Shown: positions 48,250 through 61,912, counted from the whole stretch's first letter. The stretch: 61,912 nt of DNA, filler included, from Collodictyon triciliatum (GCA_043381765.1; 27 parts of 27 records of this genome joined end to end with filler, not necessarily neighbours in it); one strand, 5' to 3'. The notes: generated from the sequence alone by a model not told the origin. Program-made: numbers and translations.

Positions 48250-49132
48250 GAATTTGTAAACTTTCGGTGGTAGTAATGTTTGGTTCAGTAGTTGGAATTC
48301 TAGCAGGAGCAACTCTTTTCCTTGATGAGCGTGATACAGTGCATCCCCCTCCTCTAGAATTTGAACGCATCTCGTACACCTTATCAGCACGAAATGCATA
48401 ATTGATGAACTCTCCGAAGCACATTTCATCATCCAGGACATTTGGGTCGATGTTTGGAAGGATAATAAGTTCAGAGCACATTCCTCTTCCAAGGTAATCT
48501 GGTGGCAGTGACTGAATAGCAGTTTGACCGCCCCTTTCATGTTCATCTATCATCGAAACAGCTTTATCTAAATATTGACTGTGGCCTTGTATTTGATGTG
48601 AGTTAGGACAGTTCACGTCAGTATCAAAATGGTAATAAATCAAAAATTATATCGATTACTTGTATGTTCGTTGAACCCCCCGTGAACATCATCTCGAATT
48701 TTTCCATAATACGCACTTTCACGGTCACCATCCAGAAGACAAAGACTGTTTCATTCATATAATTATTTATTGGGTAAAAAGGATGATAAAAACATGAGAA
48801 ATATCATATCGTTCATTAATAAACGAAAAACGAAAATTTGGATGGTTTGTGGCAAACAGAGCACACATCGAAGAGCTTTTTAATCAACCTGAGGAAATCT
48901 GATGTCTCATCGACGTTATTCGTCACGTTATATTTTCCAGCTGTTGGGCGGTCAGGTTGATGGGAGGTCCAGCCAGAAGAGACCTGAGTAATCATAAAAT
49001 GAGAATCCATCTATAATTTACGGTAAAAAAGAATATAAAATTGATTGTTCACACTTAGTTCCTACCTCATCAACTTTGATTGCATTTTTTGGAATCTCAA
49101 CGTTCACTCCAGTAGAGAACATGATTATTCCT
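48250..49132 (-). CDS. Hypothetical multi-exon protein fragment
   Basis: Several open segments bounded by GT/AG, e.g. MDSHFMITQVSSGW..CSVCHKPS and CPNSHQIQGH...YLGRGMCSEL. No family recognised. Confidence 0.4.
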
Positions 49133-50545
49133 ATAATTTAAGTAAATGCATTGATAACAATCAGAAAATCAATGTGTGTTTCTTTTAATTCTTTTTCCAT
49201 ATTTAAAATATCATTCTATTCAAGTGTAATATCAGTTTAATTATTCTCATTATGTTTTCCGTTTTTATTTGATTAAATGATTTTTTAGCTTCAAGCTTTT
49301 CCTTGATTCATAATGATTGAGCTCCTCATTGACATTTCATATAAATAACCAATCAGTCATTAATAGCAATGAAAATTCATCACAATAAATGCAATTTTTT
49401 TTTATTCGTAGATAGGAAGTATATGGATTTTTTTGATTGATTCACTCGTTCAACTTGCTAATTCACTAAAGTGAAAGTTCATATAATATGCATATCCTCT
49501 AATTTAAGTAAACGAAAAAATTGGTTTCAGAATAAAAATAAATGCGACTGTATGATAAAACGAAAGATATACATATATTTTGAAATACAAGGGCGTAATC
49601 TTAAAGCCTGTTCCTTCGTTTAATGTATCAAAAAATGAATTAAAACATGGCAATAATATAGTTATTCACGAACGATATTTTACGAATGTTCCTGAAAACT
49701 GCATTCATATGTGTTCAATAACCATTAATATTTTTCCATGCAAAATCCATCAGTTCTTGATTTTTGTAAATATAGAATATGAACCGAAATACATGATACT
49801 AAAAGGAGATATGCGAGAATAATAGTATATTTAGGTCATTTAATAAAAGATATAAAATTCAAACACCATGAAACAGATATTGTAATGCATATAAATTCAA
49901 GTAATTTGTTTTGTCAACGTGATTTAGAAAGGCTCTGCTACGCTCATATAGCTAAGATTTGCTGCGATGTGGGTAATAGAATCATGTGGATATGTCTGAA
50001 ACATTGATGAGAGCGAGTTTGTATTTCTAGATAACACAAACGAACATACCTGCTCTCAGCACTTCGTCAGTATAGAACAGATGGATGGTGCAGAAACCTG
50101 TTTGACGGGGGATGTTAACCATGTCATAAGTATAAGCCCTTGAATTTGAGAAATAATTAAAAATGTTAATTCAATCATCATAAGCCTTGAAATTCACCTT
50201 TTACACAGGATTGCTACGCCGGCATGTTTGTGTTGTGATGGTGATAATGATGGTGAACATAGCTAAGGGCCCTTACACCCAAATTCAGTAGATTAGGTCT
50301 CAGGGCTCCGCCACGTCTCTTGAAGACAGATGATATCCGCGTGGATGAAAAGAGCTGTCTTGTAAACCTCTTTCCGCCTGTGGGGGTCGTTAATCCCCCT
50401 AGCGTTCCATGACAGAACGCCGAAACGCATGGTCTGTTATTAATGNNNNNNNNNNNNNNNNNNNNNNNNNNNNNNNNNNNNNNNNNNNNTTAATTAATTA
50501 ANNNNNNNNNNNNNNNNNNNNNNNNNNNNNNNNNNNNNNNNNNNN

Positions 50546-50615
<70 letters not shown>

Positions 50616-50689
50616 AAAAAAAAAAAAAAAAAAAAAAAGGGAAGGAAGAACCAGAATAAAAGAAACAAAGAAGCAACCACAGAGCCCAA

Positions 50690-51917
50690 GGATCACACGT
50701 GTGCTGTGTGTCTGCGCCGTCTCTGCAGCCCGCGTCTTCTTCCATGCACACACGTCTTCTGCCTGGAATGCCTCACAACTGCAGCCGCACAGCATCGCCA
50801 AAGCATCAGCAGCGCACGCAAAGACTCTGCTTCTGAGCCTCCGACCAAACGCGCTGTGCCTTTGCCTTTGCCTCTGCCTCTGCCCATGCCCTCGCTTCCA
50901 TCGCACCAGCACTTGAACCTCCCCACGGGATTTCCTCTCGACTTCATCGACCCCAGCCGACTGACTTTTGTGCGGAACTCTAATCTCAACATCAATCCGC
51001 CCTTCAACACAGGCGCGGATTTCGACTTTCATCATTATCAAAACGTGAACGCAACCCCGACCACCACTGCAAACATTCGCAAACGCTCACACGCGGATCC
51101 GACAAACCCCAAATCATGTGCACAAGAACGAAAAGATGATGTATACGATTGTGCTGCCGAAGGAGCTCAGTTCCCATGTCCTGTGTGTCGGAGACCTACT
51201 TTGGTCCCGGAAGGTGGCGTCGCTGCATTTCCAGAGTTCGAATGGCCTATTCAAACAGATTCTGCTGGATTGGCAGTCGAGGCAAGTGAGAACAGAGGAT
51301 CCGGAGAAAAGCTTTTGGATCCGGCAAGGTGCGTGTCAGAAGATTGCATCATGGAATCCGCCTTCTTCTGCAAAGGTGGGTGCGGCTCGCTATGCATGGA
51401 TTGTGCCGGATTCCATCGCAAATTGAAGGCCACTCGCTCTCATGAATTGGTGTGCGTATTTAATCAATTAAGTCCATATGAAAATGTATTAATTAATAAA
51501 CGGCATGTTGATTCCATTTACCAACTTCGATATCTGTTATAGTATTTGTTTCTATATATCTATTTGGAAAGATACAGTTTAACCTTCTAGAGCATCTATT
51601 TCCTTTCTAACTAATTCTTGTAATATGATATAGGGATATTCGTGATATTGATAAGTTGAAAAACACAATCGATGGAATTTTGTATTGTGAACATCATCCT
51701 GGTTACGTAGTTGAATTTTACTGCCAATCGTGCAGTCACGCCCCACTTTTGTGCTTGCGGTGTATTCCTTTCGGCCATAATAATCACAAATATACTGATT
51801 TGCAAACTGGCCTTGCTCATGTCAAGTCGAGCACGTTAATGAATATTCAAGAAACGGAATCTTTGATCGAAAACATGCATTCAACGGCAGCTGATCTTAT
51901 CGTGCGAAATGAAAAAG
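50690..51917 (+). CDS. TRIM-like RING - B-box1 - B-box2 - coiled-coil protein, partial
   Basis: RING CAVC..LLPCTHVFCLEC..(135 aa)..CPVCR; B-box1 CVSEDC..FFCKGGCGSLCMDCAGFHRKLKATRSHEL; B-box2 CEHHPGYVVEFYCQSCSHAPLLCLRCIPFGHNNH; then helical sequence. Confidence 0.88.
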
Positions 51918-53104
51918 TAAGAGTGGCTGATTATATATTTATTTGAAGAGTAATTATAATATGTGCTGAGATATTATAAACCAAAAGCAACATTACCCAT
52001 AATCCCATGAGAGAGAGAAAAAAAAGCGCACACATTAATTTATTTTGCCTGCAAAAAGAAAAAAAAAGGAGGGTCTATGCTACATTACTGGCGGCTATTC
52101 TTTTCGCCCTCTTTGATTTACTATAACAANNNNNNNNNNNNNNNNNNNNNNNNNNNNNNNNNNNNNNNNNNNNNNNNNNNNNNNNNNNNNNNNNNNNNNN
52201 NNNNNNNNNNNNNNNNNNNNNNNNNNNNNNNNNNNNNNNNNNNNNNNNNNNNNNNNNNNNNNNNNNNNNNNNNNNNNNNNNNNNNNNNNNNNNNNNNNNN
52301 NNNNNNNNNNNNNNNNNNNNNGTAGATGAACTCGCTTCTCCAAAGCCTGCGTGTGATTCCTTCAAGAGCCCGATTTATTGCCGGTGCCTCTTTTCTGCGT
52401 CCCATCTCCACTGTCGCAGTCTCCCTCCAGCGTCCACCGCCGCATTACCAACAGAACATTTCGTCGACGTCTGTATTCTCCTGACACACTTTTGCTCAGA
52501 CTTTGTGATTCTCTTCTTCCTTCGCATAAGTCCTCTGAAGCAAGGGAATACTGAAAATGATGTGCTTTGCACAGAGTTTAGTTACCGTTGTATTCCCAAC
52601 CATGCAAATTATCAAACATAGTTTCAATAAGCATCAGAGTAGTGGAAACCAAAAAAACCAAAAAAACCAAAAAAACCAAAAAAACCAAAAAAACCAAAAA
52701 AACCAAAAAAACCAAAAAAACCAAAAAAACCAAAAAAANNNNNNNNNNNNNNNNNNNNNNNNNNNNNNNNNNNNNNNNNNNNTTAATTAATTAANNNNNN
52801 NNNNNNNNNNNNNNNNNNNNNNNNNNNNNNNNNNNNNNAGAAAAAAGAAAAAAGAAAAAAGAAAAAAAGAAAAAAGAAAAAAAGAAAAAAGAAAAAAAGA
52901 AAAAAAGAAAAAAAGAAAAAAAGAAAAAAAGAAAAAAGAAAAAAAGAAAAAAGAAAAAAAGAAAAAAAGAAAAAAGAAAATGAAGATGGGGAGGGGAAGT
53001 AAAAGTTTCATGTTTATCTATCATATACACCAACATTATGAAAATTTATTAATGCTCTTACATGTTTGGCAATCCTGAGTTTATCTCCAAATTAAAATAT
53101 ACAG

Positions 53105-54856
53105 GTTGAAAGCCTACGCAAACAGCTACGGATATCAGACACCTTACTCAAGCAAGCGGTTGTTTTGTCTGATTTGATTACCCATGATAATTGGATAAAA
53201 AATAGTATTTCAATCAAAGAGCAAGTAAAGACTGTGCGAAAGGTTAGAATTTATCTTGTGACATTCCTTTTACACCAATATGAAGCGGAATATTGATGCG
53301 CAAAAATAATGATAAAATTAATCGTGTTGATCGCCCTGAATATGCCATTTTTAGTCACACTTTAAATATGTCTCTTTTACAATGAAAAACATAAACCTTT
53401 GGTCTTTCTGTTCACTAGACAATTACTCTGGCGAATATGTCACAAGGAAGACTAGACCCGTTTACTGAGGGGATTATGTCTGTCTGGCAAGGAGTGTGTC
53501 AGAGCATACTATTGCAGCTCAACCAACCTCATCAAGACGAAATAGACCCCGACTTTGTGGCAAAAAGGTGATGAATAGATACGAACGAATTCAAAATGAT
53601 GAGCCAAAATGGTTTTCTTTTAAATCAATTTAATGATTTAAATGATTTATTTGCGAAATAAAAAGACTAGAGATGCCAAAATCAAAAATCGTGAATCATA
53701 AATAAAAAGCTTCAAAGCTTCAAAATTTCTAAAAATAAAGAATCCAAAAATCTACGATATCTTACACATATATTTGTCTATACATTTAATTTGATAATTA
53801 TCAATCAAAATTGACTGCTTTTTTTTTTTTTAAAAAAAAATAATCAGACCAATTGTGCATATGCAATTCAAAACAGCTTCTAATACTCTAGGCTGAAGCA
53901 CCAGATAGGAGTCGATAGAATAGCCATCGAGGAGCTCACTTTGCTAATTAGAGCTGAAGAGATATTCACATATTACATCAGTGTGCGTGAGATTACCAGA
54001 AAAGGATTATCAGAATATTTTACAGTCTCATCCCTTGAGCACCACCCCAGTCTTCTCCATTTGAATCAAATAAAGTACTCTTCTGAGCGAAATGTTCATA
54101 AAGTTCAGAGTACCACAGGATTATTCCTGTTGGACTCAAATGCAGAAGATAACCTTAATTCGACAACTTTATCGATCTCCAACTCGGCTGAGATTATCGC
54201 ACGAGGCCTTTCACTACTGCAGCAATCTGCAATAACATCAGAGAACGTTCATTCATACATCGCCCATTATGACATTCATTCACATGTATGGATATCCAGC
54301 ATATGCGCTGAGGATCTTGGAGCAGAGGGGAAAGTGACACCCCTTGAGATATCTCAAAAAATTCTGGAGACGATTACTACATCCCCTGAGTTTTCTTTGA
54401 TATCATCCCCGATAGAATCCAGGCAAAACACAAAGAGCGAAGAAATCGAATATAAAGAGAAAGTGCCAGAAGTACATGAAACCACACCATTATTCAATGA
54501 AAGAAACAAATCATTATCCATAGGGTATACTTTAATTTACTTTATAATTTTTTAGACATATTCAGATCTGCATATTTATATACATATTTGTTAAAATTTT
54601 ATTAATATGAACCAACCAACAAACGAACCTATAGACCAATAAACTTTGTTAGCTTTCGCATGAATGGTTGTATTCAATAGATACTTTTAAAATAAAAATT
54701 ACTTTGATAGGTCATCCAAACAGCAAAAATTTCGACAAAAGTTGTTAACATTAAGCCCTGAAACAAATACTCCATTGAATCGAAGTTCTGCAAACGCCAA
54801 AATTCAGGGCCAAATTCGTGAGAGACTGTTGATTACGAAGCACAGCACTGACCAGG
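53105..54856 (+). CDS. Hypothetical multi-exon protein, internal fragment
   Basis: GT-AG-bounded open exons at ~53105-53242, 53420-53568, 53892-54524 and 54711-54856. No family recognised. Confidence 0.55.
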
Positions 54857-55136
54857 TATGTCAATCGCACAGCCGTATCTGATAAAGTGGTTCAGACTTT
54901 TCCTTTATATTTCTACGCGATATCACATAAAATAAAACAAAATAAAACAAAATAAAACAAAATAAAACAAAATAAAACAAAATAAAACAAAATAAAACAA
55001 AATAAAACAAAATAAAACAAAATAAAACAAAATAAANNNNNNNNNNNNNNNNNNNNNNNNNNNNNNNNNNNNNNNNNNNNTTAATTAATTAANNNNNNNN
55101 NNNNNNNNNNNNNNNNNNNNNNNNNNNNNNNNNNNN

Positions 55137-55229
<93 letters not shown>

Positions 55230-55534
55230 GTACCTCCCACAGCAACGAAGCCCCACGAGTCGTTGTCCATCGCAGTATGCACTCGATCCAAAACAACCAC
55301 CTAGTCTATTATGTTTTGCTGCATAAGAAAACAAATAAACCAAAAAAAAAAGTATTATTGGGAGCCAAAGAAAACAGAGAATCAGAACGGAAAGCGCCGA
55401 AGAACAAATTGTCCTTCCCGCAAGAAAGAGGCAAGGCAGCCATGAGGTTTATTGCGCCACAACAGCAGCGAGCAACAGCGAGAAGAGGGCGGGAGGGTGC
55501 GATGCAAGAGAGACAAAGCGCATCACAGTAGGCG

Positions 55535-56524
55535 TCAGAACAGAGTCGGAGCAACCAACTCGCGCAGGTAATCGCGATGCCTCTGCAGCATCTCTCGCTG
55601 TGTCTGTTCGGTCTGCACGCGATGCAGCCAATGCCGCGCCTGGTCTTCCCACGAACCAAGAAGTATCTCATCTCCAGAGCAATGCGGAGTATTGTTGGGC
55701 TGCTCAACTGCCTGCGGGACATAGCACGAAGCTATATAGCGAGGCAAGAGCTGACTCTCTGGCGATGCTTCGCTACGTGCCCAGTCAATCGTGCAATCAT
55801 CCAAAGACAGACAAAAACGCACGTTGGTATGCTTTGCAAGGGCACCCCAAGCGTCCAAAACACGAAGCCATCGAAGCCATTCATTCACATGCAAGTCAGT
55901 AATCGGGGCAAATGACTGGGATGATTGTGATTGTGATTGTGATTGTGATTGTGATTGTGATTGTGATTGTGATTGTGATTGTGATTGTGATTGTGATTGT
56001 TGCGAAAGATGTAGCAGGTCTCTATGAGGCAAGTGCCACAAGGCTGCATTCGATGCGTCGACCGTCTGCCTTGTCAAACCCGCAACCGAGCCGACTCTGA
56101 CTTGGGCCACGCGCTTCTCCGCCAACAACTCTGGTGAAGGCAGCGCCCACACGGCTTCTCCCACAATGTGGACAACGGCCTTTTCGTGCGGGAAGGAATC
56201 ATCCCACGAGGCCGGGCCCATATGCCGCCGCAAAAGCCGCCCACATGCGCGCAAAAGAACGCTGCTGTGCGGAGTCATCGTGTTTGCGTCTGCCCCGAGT
56301 TGCAGCAGAAGCTCCGCCCCGAGAAAGTCCCGCACGGCATTCCAGTAGTCGTCTGGCAAAGGCGGACGCAGAAACAGAGGCTCGGTTGTGGGCAAAAGTG
56401 TTGTCGTTGTTATTGCTTCGTGTAGTCGGCGAAAACGGCGCTCCAGTGTGTTGTGGAGGAATGCGCCGGCGATGAGTCCTGTGAAGCCGAGTGCGACTCG
56501 TTGGGCTGTTTTGCGTGTGCTCAT
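55535..56524 (-). CDS. Intronless hypothetical protein (329 aa) with a basic/hydrophobic N-terminus and an (SQ)n tract
   Basis: GC-rich ATG-to-stop ORF; an in-frame hexamer repeat encodes SQ. The N-terminus looks like an organellar targeting or anchor sequence. Confidence 0.7.
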   Translation of the reverse strand: MSTRKTAQRVALGFTGLIAGAFLHNTLERRFRRLHEAITTTTLLPTTEPLFLRPPLPDDYWNAVRDFLGAELLLQLGADANTMTPHSSVLLRACGRLLRRHMGPASWDDSFPHEKAVVHIVGEAVWALPSPELLAEKRVAQVRVGSVAGLTRQTVDASNAALWHLPHRDLLHLSQQSQSQSQSQSQSQSQSQSQSQSQSQSSQSFAPITDLHVNEWLRWLRVLDAWGALAKHTNVRFCLSLDDCTIDWARSEASPESQLLPRYIASCYVPQAVEQPNNTPHCSGDEILLGSWEDQARHWLHRVQTEQTQREMLQRHRDYLRELVAPTLF

Positions 56525-56890
56525 TTCCGGGCAGTGGGTTTGTGCGTTTGTTGGTTTCCAGGCAGGTTGATTTTTTCTGGTATTCTTAGAGTCATTTTCT
56601 CTTTTTTTCTGGCAGATTCATGCAAGTGTTTTTTTTTTTGTTTTGTTTATCTATTTATTACAGTGGCTTTCGGGTTTGCCTGTTTTCTATTTTCTGTTGT
56701 TTTCTGTTTTTTTTTTCTTCTCTTGTTATTGGCGATAATGTTTAATGTTTTTATTGTTCCTTCTTTTTTTTTCTTTTTAATGTTTTCTTTTATTTTTTCT
56801 GTCCTTTTTGTTTTATTTTCTGTTTCTGTTGATGATTATTCTTATTTTGTGCTGAGTCCTGCCTTTCAATAGTTAGATACTCTGCAACCG

Positions 56891-57212
56891 ATGGCGATAC
56901 TTGGCCCGAAGATATTTGGGGCGATCTTATCTTGCGTCCTATTACTTGAGAGCGCAGGTTCTACAAGTCGAAACATACAAGTTTATTTTTTCTTTATTCA
57001 TTTTCCCTATCATACATACCACTCACACAACACCAAGTCAATTTTTTTTGTTTTATTGTTTTTTTCAGTTTGTGAAGTCTCTTCTGGTGAAGAACACGCC
57101 AGAAATGTGTGGGGAACTTACAGACCGAATCTTTACTTTGGGCTCCGCACAAAGACGGCTCCCGGGGCGGTTATGATGGGGACGATGTGGCATGGGCCCT
57201 CCAGAGTAGATG
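56891..57212 (+). CDS. MOGS: Mannosyl-oligosaccharide glucosidase I (GH63), first two exons
   Basis: A signal/anchor exon is followed by NVWGTYRPNLYFGLRTKTAPGAVMMGTMW, matching the WGTYRPxxYFG motif. It lies head-to-head with the gene at 56524. Confidence 0.88.
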
Positions 57213-57581
57213 GTATGTATGTATGTATGTATGTATGTATGTATGTATGTATGTATGTATGTATGTATGTATGTATGTATGTATGTATGTATGTATGTAT
57301 GTATGTATGTATGTATGTATGTATGTATNNNNNNNNNNNNNNNNNNNNNNNNNNNNNNNNNNNNNNNNNNNNTTAATTAATTAANNNNNNNNNNNNNNNN
57401 NNNNNNNNNNNNNNNNNNNNNNNNNNNNTCGGCCAAAAGGGTTCTGGGTTTTTTTTTTTTTTTCTTTTTAATTTTTTTTTTCTTTTACAAACCTTACCCC
57501 TTTTTTTTTTTTTTTTTTTTTTTGCTTCATCGCCCCACCATCTGGTATATGATACGCTCATAGGCAATTTTAATTCAACAG

Positions 57582-59567
57582 GATTTGAGTCTACTTGAAG
57601 TTATAAAGACGTTTGAAAATGACGTCAATGACGAAATCGATGTACGAGGAGAAGAAATTACGATGATGAAGGACCGAATCCATTTCATTCAAAGCGGCGG
57701 TAAAATATTCAACCTCATATGACCGAGAAATGCATCGAATTACAATAACCCTATCAGCTATTTCGCACGAGCATTGTTTGCTTCACAAATGCTGTGTTGG
57801 CATCTAGTCGTCGGCTAATTTATTTTTTTCCATAAAAATAATATGAAAATCGAACATTCCAATACTGCATAAGCGATTCATGCCGAGCAGCATCGTATCA
57901 ACGAGGAGTGTGGAAAGACGCTTGGTGATATAGTTGCGGCTGACGCGGAGTTGGAAGTAATATCAAGGCAATTGCAAGAAAACCAACAAATGCATGAACG
58001 TCTCGATAGTCAAGTATTCTTTCAAATTATCGATATTCATGCGTGCACAATTTTCGACTCCCAAGTTTTTTTTTTAAATTTTTGATAATGTAAAAAGTGT
58101 GTTAGATAGAAAGAAAATAACCTTTTTTTTTTTTTTTTTAACAAAAGCCAAATACTTTTAAATAGTTTAGTGAAGCCGATCATCAATACCATCAAGCACA
58201 TTCTGGCTACACCCATATGAGTGAGATTCACAGCCAACACATGATTGTGTTTCAAAAGTCACAACAAGATTTACAGCAGATTGTTTCTTTTCAAACAACG
58301 TAATGTGCACCATATTTCAACTAATGATTTGTTTTTTATACATGCATATAGCCTGATACACCCAGATAATTTATCTTTCTTTTCAACAGCATTTTATCTC
58401 ATAATAAACCAGTGTTACCAGTTATCTTTTCTCTTTCTCACGGAAATTTTGAAAACCTCCTCAATATCTAGAATTGAAGATGAGTACGCCGATTCCCAGG
58501 AAGACTTGAGAATTATTTCATCTGCTGTGACTATGATAAATGACAGCATCCAAATTGCAGACGAAAATATCTCCAACAAAAACCGCCAGTTGCAAGACAT
58601 TTCTGGGAAGGCGCAGCTCGTTCAATCCGAGATTGAAGAAAAACGAGGTTTCCCTCACTCTAATTATCTCAGACAAAAAAATATTTTTTTAATGAATAAT
58701 TGCCGCCGTATAATCAAAGAACAACCCCACACAACAAAACAAACAATAGACACATTTCCTCTATTTTAAAATGAATCCCTTATGAAATTTCTTGCTGATT
58801 TATTCAACTGAATCATGGCACCTGCTCCATCTCTCCATCGATACTAGGCAAGTACCATGTTTCGCTTAGAATTCAGGGCTTGATTCAGAGTTCAACAGAC
58901 ATTACATTAGCCCATCGATAATTAACCTGATTCTCAACCTAACCTTTCAGTTTGATCTGGTTCATATTTTGCAATATTATATAAGATTACTCAACAAGCA
59001 CACCACAGAGCGCCTGCGTCAGTTTCAGGAAAAAGAGCAGGAAATAGTGGAGGAGGGTGCTGTTCACGTGGCCCGAGAGCTGCTTATCAAGCCTCAACCA
59101 AGGGGACGAAGCCGTGACCTAGCGCCAGCTCATGATGACCATCAAGACCCGGAGTTGTCCAATATGTTTGCAGGAATTCGCTCTAAAATGGATCGAATTA
59201 CAGAGAAAGTGGCGTACAGCCATGTTGCCCAACAGGCGAAGGTATTCATTATTCATATAGTCTTCCTATATTCGTGCAGTTTGCATATTTTTGTATGCTT
59301 TGGAATACAGAGTTGGGTTTCCTGTAAAAAACAAAAATGTTGCACTGAAAATGCACTGTTGATTACTTTTTTTTTTATCTTAGGGTCAACAATACATGAG
59401 CAATCTCCCTCTATTTTTCAATGCTGTGTAAATTTATGAAAGCTTTTAACTTATTCACTCATTCTTAAGGGAGATTATGAGGCAATTATGCAAGACCAGG
59501 CAGCAAATGTCCAAGTGGGCATAATTTTGAGAGACCAGCAAATCTCTGTCATCCACACGCAACTTGA
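57582..59567 (+). CDS. Coiled-coil protein, multi-exon internal fragment
   Basis: E/Q/K/L-rich heptad-like exons with GT-AG borders, e.g. IEDEYADSQEDLRIISSAVTMINDSIQIADENISNKNRQLQDI. Confidence 0.6.
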
Positions 59568-59584
59568 GTGAGTAGATACTCTAT

Positions 59585-59617
<33 letters not shown>

Positions 59618-59721
59618 AAANNNNNNNNNNNNNNNNNNNNNNNNNNNNNNNNNNNNNNNNNNNNTTAATTAATTAANNNNNNNNNNNNNNNNNNNNNNNN
59701 NNNNNNNNNNNNNNNNNNNNT

Positions 59722-61912
59722 GAGAGCAATCAACAAACGCCACTAAATACCCAATCAAACTCATTCGATAACACCAAAAGTCATCAGCACACATTACTAA
59801 ATACTAAATCTCATACATTCGGATATACTGAGAGCAATCAACAAACACCATTAAATACTCAATCAAAGACATTCGGGAATACTAAGAGCAATCAACACAC
59901 ACCACTCCATACTCAATCAAAGACATTCGGGAATACTGAGAGCAATCAACAAACACCACTAAATACTCAATCAAATACATTTGGGTATACTGAAAGCAAT
60001 CAGCAATCACCACTCAATACCCAATCAAACACATTCGGAAATACTGAGAGCAATCAACACACACCACTCCATACTCAATCAAATACATTCGGAAATACTG
60101 AGAGCAATCAGCAATCACCACTCAATACACAATCGAACACATTCGGGAATACTGAGAGCAATCAACACACACCACTCCATACTCAATCAAAAACATTTGG
60201 GAATACTGAGAGCAATAAACAAACACCACTCCACACTCAATCAAACACATTCGGGTATACTGAGAGCAATCAGCAAACACCACTCAATACCCAATCAAAC
60301 ACATTCGGGAATACTGAAAGCAATCAACAAACACCACTCCATACTCAATCAAAGACATTCGGGAATACTGAAAGCAATCAACAAACGCCACTCAATACTC
60401 AATCAAACACATTTGGGAATACTGAAAGCAATCAACAAACACCACTTAATACTCAATCAAAGACATTCGGGAAAACTGAGAGCAATCAACACACACCACT
60501 CCATACTCAATCAAATACATTCGGGAATACTGAAAGCAATCTGCAAACACCACTCAATACCCAATCAAACACATTTGGGAATACTGAGAGCAATCAACAA
60601 ACGCCACTAAATACCCAATCAAACTCATTCGATAACACCAAAAGTCATCAGCACACATTACTAAATACTAAATCTCATACATTCGGATATACTGAGAGTC
60701 ATCAACAAACACCAATCAATACTCAATCAAACACATTCGGGAATACTGAGAGTCATCAACAAACACCACTTAATACTCAATCAAAGACATTTGGGTATAC
60801 TGAGAGCAATCAACAAACACCACTCAATACCCAATCAAACACATTTGGGAATACTGAGAGCAATCAACAAACGCCACTAAATACTCAATCAAACTCATTC
60901 GGGAATACTGAGAGTCATCAGCAAACGCCACTCAATACTCAATCAAACACATTCGATAATACTGAGAGCAATCAACAAACGCCACTCAATACTCAATCCA
61001 AAACATTCGGGAATACTGAGAGCAATCAGAAAACGCCACTAAATACTCAATCAAACACATTCGGGAATACTGAGAGCAATCAACAAACACCACTCCATAC
61101 CCAATCGAACACATTCGGGAATACTGAGAGCAATCAACAAACACCACTCCATACTCAATCAAACACATTCGGGTATACTGAGAGCAATCAACAAACACCA
61201 CTCCATACCCAATCGAACACATTCGGGAATACTGAGAGCAATCAGCAAACACCACTAAATACTCAATCCCAGACATTCGGGAATACAGAAAGTTATCAGC
61301 AAACACCACTCAATACTCAATCAAATACATTCGGGAATACTGAAAGCAATCAGCAAACACCACTTAATACTCAATCAAATACATTCGGGAATACTGAGAG
61401 CAATCAGCAAACGCCACTCAATACCCAATCAAATACATTAGGGAATACTAAGAGCAATCAACACACACCACTCCATACTCAATCAAAGACATTCGGGAAT
61501 ACTGAAAGCAATCAACAAACACCACTCCATACTCAATCAAATACATTCGGGAAGTCTGAGAGCAATCAACAAACACCACTCCATACTCAATCAAATACAT
61601 TAGGGAATACTGAGAGCAATCAACAAACGCCACTAAATACTCAATCAAACACATTCAATAATACTGAAAGTCATCAGCAAACGCCATTAAATACTCAATC
61701 AAAGACATTCGGATATACTGAGAGTCATCAACAAACACCAATCAATACCCAATCTCAATATTTCGAGAATACTGAGAGTAATTTGCTTGTTTCTCATAGG
61801 CAATCCAACTTCAAGTCTCAATCTCAATCCCAATCCCAATCCCAATCCCAATCCCAATCCCAATCCCAATCCCAATCCCAATCCCAATCCCAATCCCAAT
61901 CCCAATCCCAAT
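59722..61912 (+). CDS. Open frame of at least 730 codons made of ~38 tandem 18-aa repeats (consensus FGNTESNQQTPLNTQSNT), ending in (QS)n
   Basis: 54-bp tandem repeat. The frame from 59722 shows no stop wherever read, and much of the variation between copies is synonymous (CTA/CTC/CTT/TTA, TTC/TTT, GGG/GGA/GGT, GAG/GAA). It is absent from the ORF track because it has no early start codon. Confidence 0.85.

Noticed and set aside
59981-60610. ORF-track protein GILRAINKHHSILNQTHS repeat and the minus-strand ORFs over the same array
   Set aside because: These are shadow frames interrupted by stops; the synonymous pattern supports the frame starting at 59722.

Overview
This window is not one locus. 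It is a string of 27 unrelated short contigs (about 2.2 kb each) joined by artificial N-TTAATTAATTAA-N linkers, and most contigs break at a microsatellite. The source is an AT-rich, intron-rich eukaryote with spliceosomal GT-AG introns and the standard genetic code; it is probably a non-animal protist, since it has chorismate synthase and LpxK. Genes recognisable after splicing by hand: two plant-type (GxIP) LRR surface-protein genes, one fused to a NIDO domain, in which most LRRs have their own symmetric phase-1 exon of 69 or 66 nt; a Cys-rich/FG-GAP protein; an NHL-repeat protein; a RING-B-box-B-box (TRIM-like) protein; a degenerate threonine dehydratase-like protein; LpxK; importin-11; Mdm35/TRIAP1; kinesin-14; a tandem-BAF-like protein; myosin; a GC-rich MATE transporter; a kinase-(SAM)-LRR protein; DJ-1; chorismate synthase; and MOGS. 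A >=730-codon ORF of about 38 18-aa FG repeats is missed by the ORF track. Remnants of an L1/Tx1-like LINE family and several satellites are also present. The best candidate for an undescribed system is the family of one-LRR-per-exon cassette receptors. All family calls come from motif recognition by eye, not from database searches.
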